64,000 nucleotides of DNA from the NCBI RefSeq assembly GCF_049819085.1, contig NZ_CP187419.1:5021518-5085517 (forward strand). Direction: 5' to 3'. Positions 49,548 through 60,166 of the stretch are shown here, piece by piece (the stretch's first letter is position 1; each line of letters opens with the position of its first letter). The notes beneath the pieces are model-generated. The model worked only from the letters and a program-made list of their open reading frames with translations, searched no databases and was not told the DNA's origin. A program made the position numbers and the translations under genes. The DNA comes from Anatilimnocola sp. NA78 (GTDB lineage: Bacteria > Planctomycetota > Planctomycetia > Pirellulales > Pirellulaceae).

Positions 49548-50843
49548 CTACTTCCCCGCGACGTCGTAACAGAAGATCAACTCCTGATCGCGCAAAAACA
49601 GTTTGCTGTTGGCAACGACCGGCGGCGTCCAGATTTTGCCGCTCGGTTTGCGCAGCTTCGATTGCTCGGGAATGCGGAACGTCGCGACGATGTTAGGAGC
49701 CGTCGGATTGGCCTCGACGACCGCCAGGGTGCCATCACCTTCGGCGTACGTAAAAAGTTGGCCATCGGCATAAGTGACGGAACCAGCCCGCAGCTTCGCG
49801 CGCTCGGTCCAGGCGATTTCGCCCGATTCGAGTGACTGGCACAGCCAGCCGCGGCCACCAGCGCCATAGATGTGTTCGCCGACGAGCACCACATTGCCGT
49901 GATGATTGGCCAGGTTGCGGTTCGTGTACACTTCCTCCGCAGCGAACTTGCCGTCGCTCGGTTTGATCCGCAGCAACGTACAACCATGCGCGCCACCGAC
50001 GGTCACATAGACAAGCGAGCCGCGCACGATGGGACTATTGACGACTTCGGTCCCGTACTTGGTTTCCCACATCCACAACAGCGAGCCATCTTGAGCACTC
50101 ACCCCAAACACGCCCTGATTCGTGAGCACCACATATTGTCGCTGGCCGTTCACTTCGGCAAGCATCGGCGACGCATACGCTGCCTGCTGAGTGACTTCTT
50201 TGCTGCGCCATAGCACTTCGCCGGTCTTTTTATTCAAAGCAGCGACGGTTCCTTGTGGTCCGCCAGGCAGACAGACCAGTTGATCCCCGTCGACGAGCGG
50301 CGACCAGGTGAATCCCCAGCCCAGCTTCTTGGGGCCACCACCAATGGGATTCACTTCGGCGGCCAGATCGGCGGGGAGATTCTTTTTCCAAACCACTTTG
50401 CCATCTGCTTTGCCGACACAGACCAGGTCGCCATTGCCACCCAGCGCGAAGATCAAGTCGCCATCGACCGTGGGTGTGGCACTGGGCCCCGCGCTCCAGT
50501 TGTTCCCTTTGAAGTCGAACAGCGGACCAATTTCGGTGGCCCACGCTTCTCTCACGTTGCCATCGACAAAGCTGCTGGTATCGAGCGCAATCAGGTACTC
50601 TTTGCCGTCACGGGCACCCATCGTGTAGAGCCTGTCGCCAACGATCGCTGGTCCCGAGTAGCCAATGCCCGCATTGCGGTAAGTCCACAGGAGCTTGGGG
50701 CCTTCCTTCGGCCAGTCTTTCAACAGTCCTTTTTCTGCCGAGACGTCGTCACGGTTCGGCCCGCGATACTGCGGCCAATCGTCGGCAACCGCCACCAGTG
50801 GGAGCGCGCAGCAAAGGGCGAGAGTGAGCGAAGAGGCGTTCAT
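49548..50843 (-). CDS. PQQ-repeat beta-propeller protein (BamB-like fold), secreted
   Basis: Start at MNASSLTLALCCALPLVAVADDWPQYRG. Repeated PQQ-type blades. Confidence 0.7.
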   Translation of the reverse strand: MNASSLTLALCCALPLVAVADDWPQYRGPNRDDVSAEKGLLKDWPKEGPKLLWTYRNAGIGYSGPAIVGDRLYTMGARDGKEYLIALDTSSFVDGNVREAWATEIGPLFDFKGNNWSAGPSATPTVDGDLIFALGGNGDLVCVGKADGKVVWKKNLPADLAAEVNPIGGGPKKLGWGFTWSPLVDGDQLVCLPGGPQGTVAALNKKTGEVLWRSKEVTQQAAYASPMLAEVNGQRQYVVLTNQGVFGVSAQDGSLLWMWETKYGTEVVNSPIVRGSLVYVTVGGAHGCTLLRIKPSDGKFAAEEVYTNRNLANHHGNVVLVGEHIYGAGGRGWLCQSLESGEIAWTERAKLRAGSVTYADGQLFTYAEGDGTLAVVEANPTAPNIVATFRIPEQSKLRKPSGKIWTPPVVANSKLFLRDQELIFCYDVAGK

Positions 50844-51146
50844 GCGTACCTCGGGGGAAGTCGTGTGGGAGGGAGGAACAACGACGGCGGGTTTGACGAG
50901 CAGTAGACTACACCTCGCCTCCAGCAATTGCCATCGTTACGTTTCGCTTGATTTGCCGCCCCCTGATTTGACGCCCGCAACGGGGGTGGGTATCGTGACA
51001 GGTTCCTACCGGGTGGGTTGTGCTGGGCGATCGGCACGTAGCGAAGCAAGGGCGAAAGTTGCTTCCACCACCTTGCCAGTTGAATGATGGCTGGTTGTCG
51101 TTTGTCGACGGTCCTGCTGACCGCTGTTTCACTTTGGAGTTTCGTT

Positions 51147-54100
51147 ATGTCTTGGTTGGTAAAGCCTCTCTCTCTGTTGCTGCTCGTCGCACTTGCCTGC
51201 GCGACCCCAGCACTCGCTGCCGACGATGGTTTTGTCTCGCTCTTTGATGGCAAGTCGCTCGAAGGTTGGGACGGCAATCCCGATTTGTGGAGCGTACAGG
51301 ACGGTGTCATCACCGGCCAAACGACCAAAGAAAAGCCGACCAAGGGGAACACCTTTCTGGTCTATCGCAAGGGCGATGTCGGCGATTTTGAATTGCGGCT
51401 GCAGTTCAAAATCGTGGGTGGCAATAGCGGCGTGCAATATCGCAGCGAAGAAGTCAGCAAGCACGTCATCAAGGGCTATCAAGCCGACTTCGATGCCGCT
51501 GGCGGTTGGGCTGGCACGTTGTACGAAGAAAAAGGTCGCGGCGTGCTCGCCAAGCGGGGCAGCAAGGTTGTCGTGAAGGCGGATGGCAAGAAAGAAGTTG
51601 CAGGCAAGACTGCCGAAGAGAAAGAGATTGTCGACAAGCTGAAGAAAGAAGACTGGAACGACTACACCATCATCGCCAAGGGGAATCACCTCATTCACAA
51701 GTTGAATGGCGTCGTCACCGTCGACCTGATCGATGAGCAAGAATCGGCTCGCAAGATGAGCGGCCTGCTAGCTCTGCAACTGCATGCTGGTCCGCCAATG
51801 ACCGTGCAGTTCCGCAATCTCGAAATCAAACAACAGCCGCCTGCGGAGAAGAAGTCGGTGGACCAAAAGTCCGGCGGCGGCGGTGCGGACGAAGCCAAGC
51901 AGGCCGACGGCAAGGCTCCGAAAAAGATCATCTTCCTGGCAGGTGGTCCCAGCCATAACTATGGCGCGCACGATCACCTGGCCGGCTGCAAGTTGCTGGC
52001 TGCCCAACTCGAGAAGAGCATGGGCTACAAGACCGAGGTTTACTACAAGAACTGGCCAGCGGAACTCTCGGCCTACGACGGCGCTGACGCCGTCGTGATG
52101 TACAGCGATGGTGGCGGCGGCCATCCTGTGAAGAAGATCATGGAGACGATGGAAAAGGTCGCTAAGCGCGGCACCGGCATCGTTTGCATTCACTACGCCG
52201 TCGAAATCCCCAAGGGGAAAGAAGGTGGCGACAATTTCCTGGATTGGACCGGCGGCTATTTCGAAGCCAACTGGTCGGTGAATCCTCACTGGGTCGGCAA
52301 GTTCGAAAAGTTTCCTGACCATCCCATCAGCCGGGGCGTGCAACCGTTCGCAGCCGACGATGAATGGTACTACCACATGCGATTTCGGCCGGACATGAAG
52401 AATGTCACGCCGATCCTCTCGGCACTGCCGCCCAAAGAAACCCTGTCGCGCGGCGATGGCCCTCACAGCGGCAATCCCGACGTGCGGCGCGATGTGCTGG
52501 AGAAGAAAGAAATCCAGCATGTGGCTTGGGCCGGCGAGCGTGAGGGTGGTGGCCGCGGCTTCGGCTTCACCGGTGGTCACAACCACTGGAACTGGGGTGA
52601 CGATAACTTCCGCAAGGTCGTGCTGAATGCCATCGTTTGGAGCGCTCACGGCGAAGTGCCTAAGAATGGCGTCACCGGCGAAGAGGTCAGTTTTGAACAG
52701 CTGACGGAAAACCAGGACGAAACTCGTCCGGCCAATTTGAACAGCAAGCAAATCATCGAGAAGTTCAAACTGAAGAGCACCGGCAAGGAATTGCCTCCGG
52801 CAACTCCCGCGGCTGCGGCGGCACCGAAGACCGGCGCAGTGCCGGAATCGAAGAGCCGCGTAAAGCCGCTGTTCGAAAGCAAGATCGTTTCGGCCGCGAC
52901 CCCCGGTCATGCGATCGAAATCGACGTTGACCTGAAGGGTGCCAAAAAAGTTTACCTCGTCGCTGGTGACGGCGGCGACGGTTTTGGTTGCGACTGGGTC
53001 GCTTATGCCGAACCTCGCCTGGTCGGTGCCAAGGGGGAACTCAAGCTGACCGACCTCAAGCCGACTGTCGCTTCCAGCGGTCACGGCACCGTGCAGATGA
53101 ACAAGAATAGCTCGGGCGGTGCGCTGAAGATCAATGGCCAGTCGGTTGAGTACGGTATTGGTGCGCACGCCATTTCGGTCATCGGTTTTGATGTTCCCGA
53201 AGGTTACACGCGGCTGAAGACTCGCGCCGGTCTCGACGACGGCGGCATCAAGCAAGGCTGCGGTTCAACCGTCGACTTTGCCGTTTACGATCAGGCCCCC
53301 GGCGACATCAAGCCCTCGGCTCCCGGCGCTGCCGGGGCGACCGCTGCCAATCGCGAACCCGCCGAAGCAGTCAACGGCCTCGATGTGGCGGAAGGTCTCG
53401 AAGCGAAGCTCTTTTCGAGCGAACCCCAGATCTCGAACGTCACCAACATCGATATCGATCACCTTGGCCGCGTGTGGGTGGCCGAAGTGAAGAACTATCG
53501 CAAGTGGAACAACAGCCGACCTGAAGGGGACCGGATTCTCGTTCTGGAGGACACCAACGAAGATGGTGTCGCTGATAAGCAGACCGTGTTCTATCAAGGT
53601 CGCGATATCGATTCGATTCACGGCCTGTGCGTGCTGGGCAATCGCGTGATTGTCTCAGCTGGCGACAAGGTGATGAATTTTTATGACGACAACGATGACC
53701 TGAAGAGTGACCGCAAAGACGTGATGTTCAGCGGCATTGCTGGTACCCAGCACGATCACGGCATTCATGCGTTCATTTTTGGCCCCGACGGCAAGCTGTA
53801 CTTCAATTTCGGCAATAGCGGCAAGCAGTTGAAGGACAAAGATGGCAAGGTCATTGTCGATGCTGCCGGCAATCCGGTGACCGATGCTCGCAAGCCTTAT
53901 CAAGAAGGCATGGTCTTCCGCTGCGATCTGGATGGCAGCAATCTCGAAACGCTCGGCTGGAATTTTCGCAATAACTGGGAAGTGACCATCGACTCGCTGG
54001 GCACGATCTGGCAGAGCGATAACGACGACGACGGCAACAAGGGCGTGCGCATCAATTTTGTGATGGAGTACGGCAATTACGGTTACAAAGACGAACTGTC

Positions 54101-55238
54101 CGGCGCGGGCTGGCAAGCCAAGCGGGAGAATATCGAGGCCGAGATTCCTCGCCGTCACTGGCACCTCAACGATCCTGGTGTTGTGCCCAACCTGATCCTC
54201 ACTGGCGCCGGTTCGCCCACGGGCATCTGCGTTTATGAAGGCAACCTGCTGCCCAAGGTGTTTCACAACCAGGTGATTCACTGCGACGCTGGCCCGAATG
54301 TGTGCCGCGCCTATGTCGCCAGCAAAGATGCTTCCGGCTACACCGCCGAAATGGTCAACGTGCTGTTTGGCAAGCGCGACAATTGGTTCCGCCCATCGGA
54401 CGTCTGTGTTGCTCCCGATGGCTCGCTGTTCGTTGCCGACTGGTACGATCCGGGCGTGGGTGGTCACAACCAACAAGACGTCGATCGCGGTCGCATCTTC
54501 CGCCTGGCTCCTGCCGGCACGAAGTACAAGACGCCGAAGTACGACTTCAAGACGCCGATTGGCCAACTCGAAGCGCTGGCCAGCCCGGCGCTCAGCGTGC
54601 GCTATCTCGCTTTTCAAGCGATCCAGAAAAGCGGCGAAGCTGCTGCTCCGGCGCTGATCAAGTTCGCGCAAGACAACGCCAAGGACAATCCTCGCCTGCA
54701 AGCACGGGCGCTGTGGGCCCTGGGCAAGTTGCCGAACCAAGGTGCCACGGCCGTGAAGGAAGCTCTCAAGAGTGGCAATCCCGATATCCGCATCGTCGGC
54801 ATTCGCCTGGCGCGTGAACTGGGCCAAGATCTCGGCAGTGTCGCCGCCTTGGCGAAAGACTCGGCTCCTGAAGTTCGCCGCGAACTGGCCATCTCGACTC
54901 GTCACAGCAAGAGCCCCGAAGCAGCCGCCATCTGGGCCGAACTCGCCGCCCAGCACGACGGCAAGGATCGCTGGTATCTCGAAGCGCTCGGCATTGGTGC
55001 CGACAAGCAATGGGATGCCTATCTCGATGCGTACCTGAAGAAAGTCGACGGCAAGTGGGACACCGCTGCCGGTCGAGACATTGTTTGGCGCAGCCGGGCG
55101 AAGCAAACTCCGGCCCTCCTCGCCAAGATCATCACCGCCGACTCCACCAAAGAAGAAGAGCAGCCTCGCTACCTGCGAGCGCTCGACTTCCTCTCCGGTC
55201 CCGAGAAAGAAGCGGCCCTCAAGGCCATTCTGGAATAG
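51147..55238 (+). CDS. Giant secreted multidomain protein: DUF1080 (LamG-like) + ThuA-like + NPCBM-like + membrane-bound-dehydrogenase beta-propeller + HEAT repeats
   Basis: Start at MSWLVKPLSLLLLVALACATPALA. DGKSLEGWDG...TFLVYRKGDVGDFELRLQFKI (DUF1080); KKIIFLAGGPSHNYGAHDH (ThuA); GDGGDGFGCDWV (NPCBM-like); C-terminal HEAT-like repeats. Confidence 0.7.
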   Translation: MSWLVKPLSLLLLVALACATPALAADDGFVSLFDGKSLEGWDGNPDLWSVQDGVITGQTTKEKPTKGNTFLVYRKGDVGDFELRLQFKIVGGNSGVQYRSEEVSKHVIKGYQADFDAAGGWAGTLYEEKGRGVLAKRGSKVVVKADGKKEVAGKTAEEKEIVDKLKKEDWNDYTIIAKGNHLIHKLNGVVTVDLIDEQESARKMSGLLALQLHAGPPMTVQFRNLEIKQQPPAEKKSVDQKSGGGGADEAKQADGKAPKKIIFLAGGPSHNYGAHDHLAGCKLLAAQLEKSMGYKTEVYYKNWPAELSAYDGADAVVMYSDGGGGHPVKKIMETMEKVAKRGTGIVCIHYAVEIPKGKEGGDNFLDWTGGYFEANWSVNPHWVGKFEKFPDHPISRGVQPFAADDEWYYHMRFRPDMKNVTPILSALPPKETLSRGDGPHSGNPDVRRDVLEKKEIQHVAWAGEREGGGRGFGFTGGHNHWNWGDDNFRKVVLNAIVWSAHGEVPKNGVTGEEVSFEQLTENQDETRPANLNSKQIIEKFKLKSTGKELPPATPAAAAAPKTGAVPESKSRVKPLFESKIVSAATPGHAIEIDVDLKGAKKVYLVAGDGGDGFGCDWVAYAEPRLVGAKGELKLTDLKPTVASSGHGTVQMNKNSSGGALKINGQSVEYGIGAHAISVIGFDVPEGYTRLKTRAGLDDGGIKQGCGSTVDFAVYDQAPGDIKPSAPGAAGATAANREPAEAVNGLDVAEGLEAKLFSSEPQISNVTNIDIDHLGRVWVAEVKNYRKWNNSRPEGDRILVLEDTNEDGVADKQTVFYQGRDIDSIHGLCVLGNRVIVSAGDKVMNFYDDNDDLKSDRKDVMFSGIAGTQHDHGIHAFIFGPDGKLYFNFGNSGKQLKDKDGKVIVDAAGNPVTDARKPYQEGMVFRCDLDGSNLETLGWNFRNNWEVTIDSLGTIWQSDNDDDGNKGVRINFVMEYGNYGYKDELSGAGWQAKRENIEAEIPRRHWHLNDPGVVPNLILTGAGSPTGICVYEGNLLPKVFHNQVIHCDAGPNVCRAYVASKDASGYTAEMVNVLFGKRDNWFRPSDVCVAPDGSLFVADWYDPGVGGHNQQDVDRGRIFRLAPAGTKYKTPKYDFKTPIGQLEALASPALSVRYLAFQAIQKSGEAAAPALIKFAQDNAKDNPRLQARALWALGKLPNQGATAVKEALKSGNPDIRIVGIRLARELGQDLGSVAALAKDSAPEVRRELAISTRHSKSPEAAAIWAELAAQHDGKDRWYLEALGIGADKQWDAYLDAYLKKVDGKWDTAAGRDIVWRSRAKQTPALLAKIITADSTKEEEQPRYLRALDFLSGPEKEAALKAILE

Positions 55239-55334
55239 TCCCGGGCTGATGAGTTAAGATTGAAGTGCCCCTGGTGAATCCGTATGGATTGACCAGGGGC
55301 ACGTTTGTTTTCCCACCCCAAGCTGGTTCCTGTC

Positions 55335-56468
55335 ATGCTGCTCACGCCCTCCCGCCTGTTGATTGCGACTTTGTTCTGTCTCGCGTTTGCTCCACTCGTT
55401 GCTCAAGAGGTAACCGACGCCACGCGCGCCAAAGATGCCCGCCGCGTAAAAGCACTGCTGCGTCTCGAAAATGTCGATCTGGAAACTTTGCCTGAAGCCA
55501 AGGCTTCGCTATTGCGACATCTCGAAACGATTCATGGCACCGATGAATACCTGGAACTGGTGCGTCGCTTTCAGTTGAAGGCAACGACGCCAGAACTCAT
55601 TCGCCTGGCGATTGAGAAAGGGGAAGAGACCATTGGCGTCGAAGCCGTCAAGACGCTGTTCGATTTTGGTGCGACCGCCGAGCTTGAAATGGAACTCGCC
55701 GGCAAAGATGAACAACGAGCCGCCAAACTGGCGACAGCGCTGGGGCTCGCTGGCGATGCCCGCTGCAATACACTGCTGCTGACCACGATCGAAAATGGCG
55801 AGCGGAGCGTGCCCCTTCGTTCCACCGCCGTCATGGCAGCGGGCAAAAGCAAGGCGGGACAAGAGCAACTCCTCAAGCTGGTCGAGGCCGGCAAGCTGGC
55901 GAAGGAATTGAGTTTCGCGGCAGCCAACGTGCTTCTCTCGTCCAGCGATGCCGCGATTAAGACTGCCGCGAGCAAACATCTCACGCTGCCCGCCACAGCC
56001 GATAGCAAACCACTGCCGCCAGTCGCCGAATTGGTCAAGAGCGCCGGCGACATCGGTGCGGGCAAGCAAGTGTTTGCCACGGTTGGTACCTGTATCAAGT
56101 GCCACAAGGTGCGCGGCGAAGGCAAAGATGTCGGCCCCGATCTTTCCGAAATCGGCAGCAAGCTTTCGAAGGAAGCGTTCTACGTTTCGATCCTCGATCC
56201 CAGCGCCGGTATCAGTCACAACTTCGAGACCTACACGCTGTTGCTAGCCGATGGCACTGTGCAGAACGGCATCCTGGTCAGTCAAACCGATGCCGATATT
56301 CAAATCAAAACCGCCGACGCAATCATCAAAAGGTTCGCTCGCGACGAAGTCGAAGATTTCAAAAAATCGACCGTCAGCTTGATGCCCGCCGACTTGCAAA
56401 AGGCGCTCACCGCGCAGAACCTCGTTGATGTGGTGGAATACCTCACGACGCTGAAGAAAATGAACTAG
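55335..56468 (+). CDS. HEAT-repeat protein with C-terminal cytochrome c (CxxCH) domain
   Basis: CIKCHKVRGEG heme-binding motif. Follows the giant dehydrogenase-domain protein. Confidence 0.7.
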   Translation: MLLTPSRLLIATLFCLAFAPLVAQEVTDATRAKDARRVKALLRLENVDLETLPEAKASLLRHLETIHGTDEYLELVRRFQLKATTPELIRLAIEKGEETIGVEAVKTLFDFGATAELEMELAGKDEQRAAKLATALGLAGDARCNTLLLTTIENGERSVPLRSTAVMAAGKSKAGQEQLLKLVEAGKLAKELSFAAANVLLSSSDAAIKTAASKHLTLPATADSKPLPPVAELVKSAGDIGAGKQVFATVGTCIKCHKVRGEGKDVGPDLSEIGSKLSKEAFYVSILDPSAGISHNFETYTLLLADGTVQNGILVSQTDADIQIKTADAIIKRFARDEVEDFKKSTVSLMPADLQKALTAQNLVDVVEYLTTLKKMN

Positions 56469-56477
56469 AGGCCCGGA

Positions 56478-58208
56478 ATGCGTCTCGTAGTCACATCCAT
56501 ATCGCTCCTGCTGACGGTGCTCGTCGGCTCGGTGATTCTGGCCGATGATAAATCCGCAGATTGGCAATTGGCGGCAATTGGCGTGACGAGCAAAGGAACT
56601 GAGATTCCCGTCTGGCTCTCGTCCGGTTCGACAGACATTGCTTCTCCGGTCCCGCGCATCCTCGTCATCGGCGGTCACGATGGTTCGGTCGTCTCGACGC
56701 AATTCGTAAACAAGTTGAAGGACTGGTTCACCGAGAACAAGCGTCCAACGGACAAGCCGATTCACGTCGCCCTGATTCCTAATGTCTATCCAGATGGCTT
56801 GCCAACGAACCTGGTAGCCGCGGACGCCATCTGTGGTTATCCGTTTGAAAAAGGTTACTATGACGATCCGCAGCGTCCCGAAGCTCGCTATCTGTGGCGC
56901 TGGGCGCGTATGTTTGGCGCTGATCTGATCATCGATGTGCGCGTGGGCAAGACCATCGGCTATTGGCTACCGCAGCGCGACCTCGAAGCAGGTCGCAAGT
57001 CGGCCCTCGCTCGCAAGATTCCCGATCCACGCCTCCCCGACCCACCTGCCGATGATTTCGTGCGTCAGGTTTCCGAAAATGGTGCCGACGATCTCAATAC
57101 ACCCGCGATGATCTTTCAAATTACGGAGAACGATTGGGAGTTGGAACTGAAAACGCGAATCGGCGATTGGCTCGTCTCCCGGGGCCCACAGTCGACTGCC
57201 CACCGAGAATTGACTCGCCGCCTCAATCGTAGCGCTCTCGCCGTTGCCACCGAACTTTCAACTTTCTACGGCCACGATCTCAAGCAAGTCGCCTACATCC
57301 CCGCGCTCGCCGTCGTGGGTCGCCTGCGAACAGCGGAAGAGGCGAAGAATGACGAAGAATTGGCTGCGCTGAAGCAGCTACTCGCGCCGTTTCTCTCGGG
57401 CGAGAAAACTCCCACGCCCAAGTCGGGCAGTGAGCAAGCGGGGCATTTGCTCTTCGCAGAACTGGCCAAACAATCGGAAGGCAAGGAACGCGACCGCTGG
57501 ATCCAACTGTGTCGCGCCGCTGCGGATCAGATATTTGACAAGGATGGCAAGCCACTCAAGTTGATGCCCTCGCACAACGAAATGAGCGATGCCGTCTTCA
57601 TGGCCACGCCGATCATTTGTGCGACCGGCAAGCTGACGGGCGAACAAAAGTACTTCGATGCCGCGGTCACGCATTTTCGCAGCATGAAAAAGCTGTGCGT
57701 CCGCGAGGATGGCCTTTATCGGCATTCACCGCTCGACGAAGCGGCCTGGGGACGCGGCAACGGCTTTCCGGCACTGGGCTTGGCTTGGGCGCTCAGTGAG
57801 TTCCCGGAAGATCATCCGGCCTTTCCCGAACTCAAGCAGGAATTTCAGAATCACATCACGGCGCTTTTGAAGCATCAGGATGCATTCGGTTGCTGGCACC
57901 AGGTGATCGACAAGCCGGGGAGCTACCGCGAGTTCAGCAGCACTTGTATGATCGGCTGGGCACTCAAACGCGGGATTGATCGAGGCTGGCTTAATCCAAA
58001 AGCTCATCAGCCGGCGCTCGATCGCGCCTGGATCGCGGCCAAGCAACGCATTGGTCCCAAAGGCAAAGTCGTCGATATCTGCACGGGCACCGGTAAGATG
58101 AAATCGCTGCGAGACTATTACGATCGGCCAGCGATCTGGGGAGTCGATGCTCGCGGCGGTGCCATGGCTCTCATGTTCTCAACGGAAATGATGAACGGAA
58201 CGAAGTAA
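56478..58208 (+). CDS. Glycoside hydrolase family 88/105-like (unsaturated glucuronyl/rhamnogalacturonyl hydrolase) with N-terminal extra domain
   Basis: C-terminal half DGLYRHSP...WGRGNGFPALGLAWAL...WHQVID is the GH88/105 (alpha/alpha)6 signature. Signal peptide present. Confidence 0.6.
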   Translation: MRLVVTSISLLLTVLVGSVILADDKSADWQLAAIGVTSKGTEIPVWLSSGSTDIASPVPRILVIGGHDGSVVSTQFVNKLKDWFTENKRPTDKPIHVALIPNVYPDGLPTNLVAADAICGYPFEKGYYDDPQRPEARYLWRWARMFGADLIIDVRVGKTIGYWLPQRDLEAGRKSALARKIPDPRLPDPPADDFVRQVSENGADDLNTPAMIFQITENDWELELKTRIGDWLVSRGPQSTAHRELTRRLNRSALAVATELSTFYGHDLKQVAYIPALAVVGRLRTAEEAKNDEELAALKQLLAPFLSGEKTPTPKSGSEQAGHLLFAELAKQSEGKERDRWIQLCRAAADQIFDKDGKPLKLMPSHNEMSDAVFMATPIICATGKLTGEQKYFDAAVTHFRSMKKLCVREDGLYRHSPLDEAAWGRGNGFPALGLAWALSEFPEDHPAFPELKQEFQNHITALLKHQDAFGCWHQVIDKPGSYREFSSTCMIGWALKRGIDRGWLNPKAHQPALDRAWIAAKQRIGPKGKVVDICTGTGKMKSLRDYYDRPAIWGVDARGGAMALMFSTEMMNGTK

Positions 58209-58608
58209 TGTCAAACGCAACTGCCAGCCGTTGGACTCATTGGAATGACCGGCTGAAGATCATCGCGCTGGGTTTGACCCTGGGTATTGCTGCCCGCTGG
58301 GTGACGCGTACCTGGCAAGCGAGCGCCGCATCAGCGCCACAACCGGCCGCTGAAGCGAACGACTCCTCGGCGAAGTCACAGCGGTAGCAATCAGCAATTG
58401 CCACTCTTTCGCACGCTAAGCATTCTGCTTCCGGCGCTGTTCGTTCCACAAAAGCGAGCGCCCCGCGCGTCATTACGATTGGCACGTTGTCGCCAAGTGA
58501 CGAAACAACCGTGCCGCTGTTGTGTTATAAACTTGTCGAAAATCATTGCCGAGATTACGTTACACTTCTCCGCGGTTCCTCTCCCTCCAGCGACCATCAG
58601 GCTTCTCC

Positions 58609-59640
58609 ATGCCCTCCTCTCTCCGCCAACGGGGCTTCACGCTCGTTGAGCTGCTCGTCGTGATTGCCATCATCGGTGTCTTGGTGGCCCTGCTCTTGCC
58701 GGCGGTACAGGCTGCACGCGAAGCGGCACGGCGAACTCAGTGCATCAATCACCAGAAGCAATTGGTGCTGGCCACGCACAACTTTCACGACACGCTCCGG
58801 CGTTTGCCGCCGGGCGGGGCCAGCGACCAGCCTCCGTTTGGCATCGATGCGGCCACCGGCAATCGCTGGGGCAGCAGCTGGTTCGTCTACATTTTGCCAT
58901 ACATCGAACAGCAGCCACTGTTTGACAAGTGGCAATTCACCGGCCAGTCGGGGGCGTTCAATACCAACAACAACACCGCCGCGACCGGCGTGATGATCAA
59001 GACGTTCTTCTGCCCTTCGTCACCGCTGCAAAAAGCTGCGCCCAATCGGCAACTTGGCTCTACCTTTGCTTCTTACGTCGGCATCAGCGGAGCTGTGAAC
59101 GGCTTGATTCCCGGTTATACCGAAGACCGCATCAACACTTGGCCCTGCGGCGGCACCATGAGCGGCGGCGGTGTGCTTGTCCCCAATGGCCAGTTCAATC
59201 TTGGTTCGATCACCGACGGCACCAGCAGCACGATGGCCATCAGTGAGCAGGGAAACTTCTTGATCGACAACACGGGCAAGAAGCAGGAATGGCGAGCCTC
59301 GCAGATCTGGGGCTGGTATCTGGGCGTGAAGTCGGTGGGTGTTCCGCCGAATTTTGATAACGGCGGCACGGACAATCGCCAACCCAACATGGCGACGATT
59401 CGCTACTCCATAAACTATGCCCCAGCCGGTGGCTGGGCGAATGATGTCCCGGGGCTTGGCGTCGGCGGCGCGAATGGCACGAACTGCGTGGGAGCTAACA
59501 TTCCACTGAACTCGACGCATACCAACGGCGTCGTGGCTGCCTTCAGCGACGGCTCGGTCCGTTTTCTGACGCAATCGACTTCCCTCGCCGTGCTGGCTCA
59601 GTACGCGACTCGCGACGACGGCCTGCCCGTTCCTGAGTAG
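58609..59640 (+). CDS. DUF1559 protein with prepilin-type N-terminal cleavage/methylation domain (second copy in window)
   Basis: [52 protein letters not shown]... Confidence 0.8.
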   Translation: MPSSLRQRGFTLVELLVVIAIIGVLVALLLPAVQAAREAARRTQCINHQKQLVLATHNFHDTLRRLPPGGASDQPPFGIDAATGNRWGSSWFVYILPYIEQQPLFDKWQFTGQSGAFNTNNNTAATGVMIKTFFCPSSPLQKAAPNRQLGSTFASYVGISGAVNGLIPGYTEDRINTWPCGGTMSGGGVLVPNGQFNLGSITDGTSSTMAISEQGNFLIDNTGKKQEWRASQIWGWYLGVKSVGVPPNFDNGGTDNRQPNMATIRYSINYAPAGGWANDVPGLGVGGANGTNCVGANIPLNSTHTNGVVAAFSDGSVRFLTQSTSLAVLAQYATRDDGLPVPE

Positions 59641-59667
59641 TCCCTGCGGCCGCGGCTGGTTTCTTTC

Positions 59668-60102
59668 TTGCCTAAAATTGCTCTCTTCAAAAAGCTGCTC
59701 ATGATCGCCTCGCTTCGCCCTGCCTGTTGGCTCAGCCTATTGCTTCTCACCGCTTGTCTAGGCATTGGCTGCGCCAAAAAAGAAGCGCCGGTCTTCCCGG
59801 TGAAAGGGACCGTGACGTTAGATGGCAATCCGCTCAGCGAAGGGACCGTCTACTTCAAGACGCTGGCCGAGGGGAAGGTCGAAGCGATGCCCGTGAAGGA
59901 TGGCAAATTCGAGGGGAAGGCTTTGGAAGGCAAGCGCCGCATCGAAGTCGTGGCCTATCGCCAGATTCCGGTCCCCGGTGAGATGGGCGGCTCCATTCAG
60001 GAGAATATGATCGCCCGCCGCTACAATTTTGAAAGTACCCTCACGGCCGATGTCGGTCCCACCAGTTCGAACGAGTACGAATTTAAAGTTACCAGTAAAT
60101 AG
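59668..60102 (+). CDS. Lipoprotein with carboxypeptidase-regulatory-like domain (DUF1559 partner, second pair)
   Basis: Lipobox LLLTACLGIGCAKK, then GTVTLDGNPLSEGTVYF. Confidence 0.65.
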   Translation: MPKIALFKKLLMIASLRPACWLSLLLLTACLGIGCAKKEAPVFPVKGTVTLDGNPLSEGTVYFKTLAEGKVEAMPVKDGKFEGKALEGKRRIEVVAYRQIPVPGEMGGSIQENMIARRYNFESTLTADVGPTSSNEYEFKVTSK

Positions 60103-60166
60103 CAACGTCCGGGCGAACATTCGCCGGGCATACCTCTCTCTTAGATAACTTCAGGAGAGGAAACGC

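Noticed and set aside
51768-55106. Minus-strand ORFs 51768..53255 (495 aa) and 53655..55106 (483 aa)
   Set aside because: Lie antisense within the 1384-aa multidomain gene; compositionally biased (Ala/Gly/Val), no domains.
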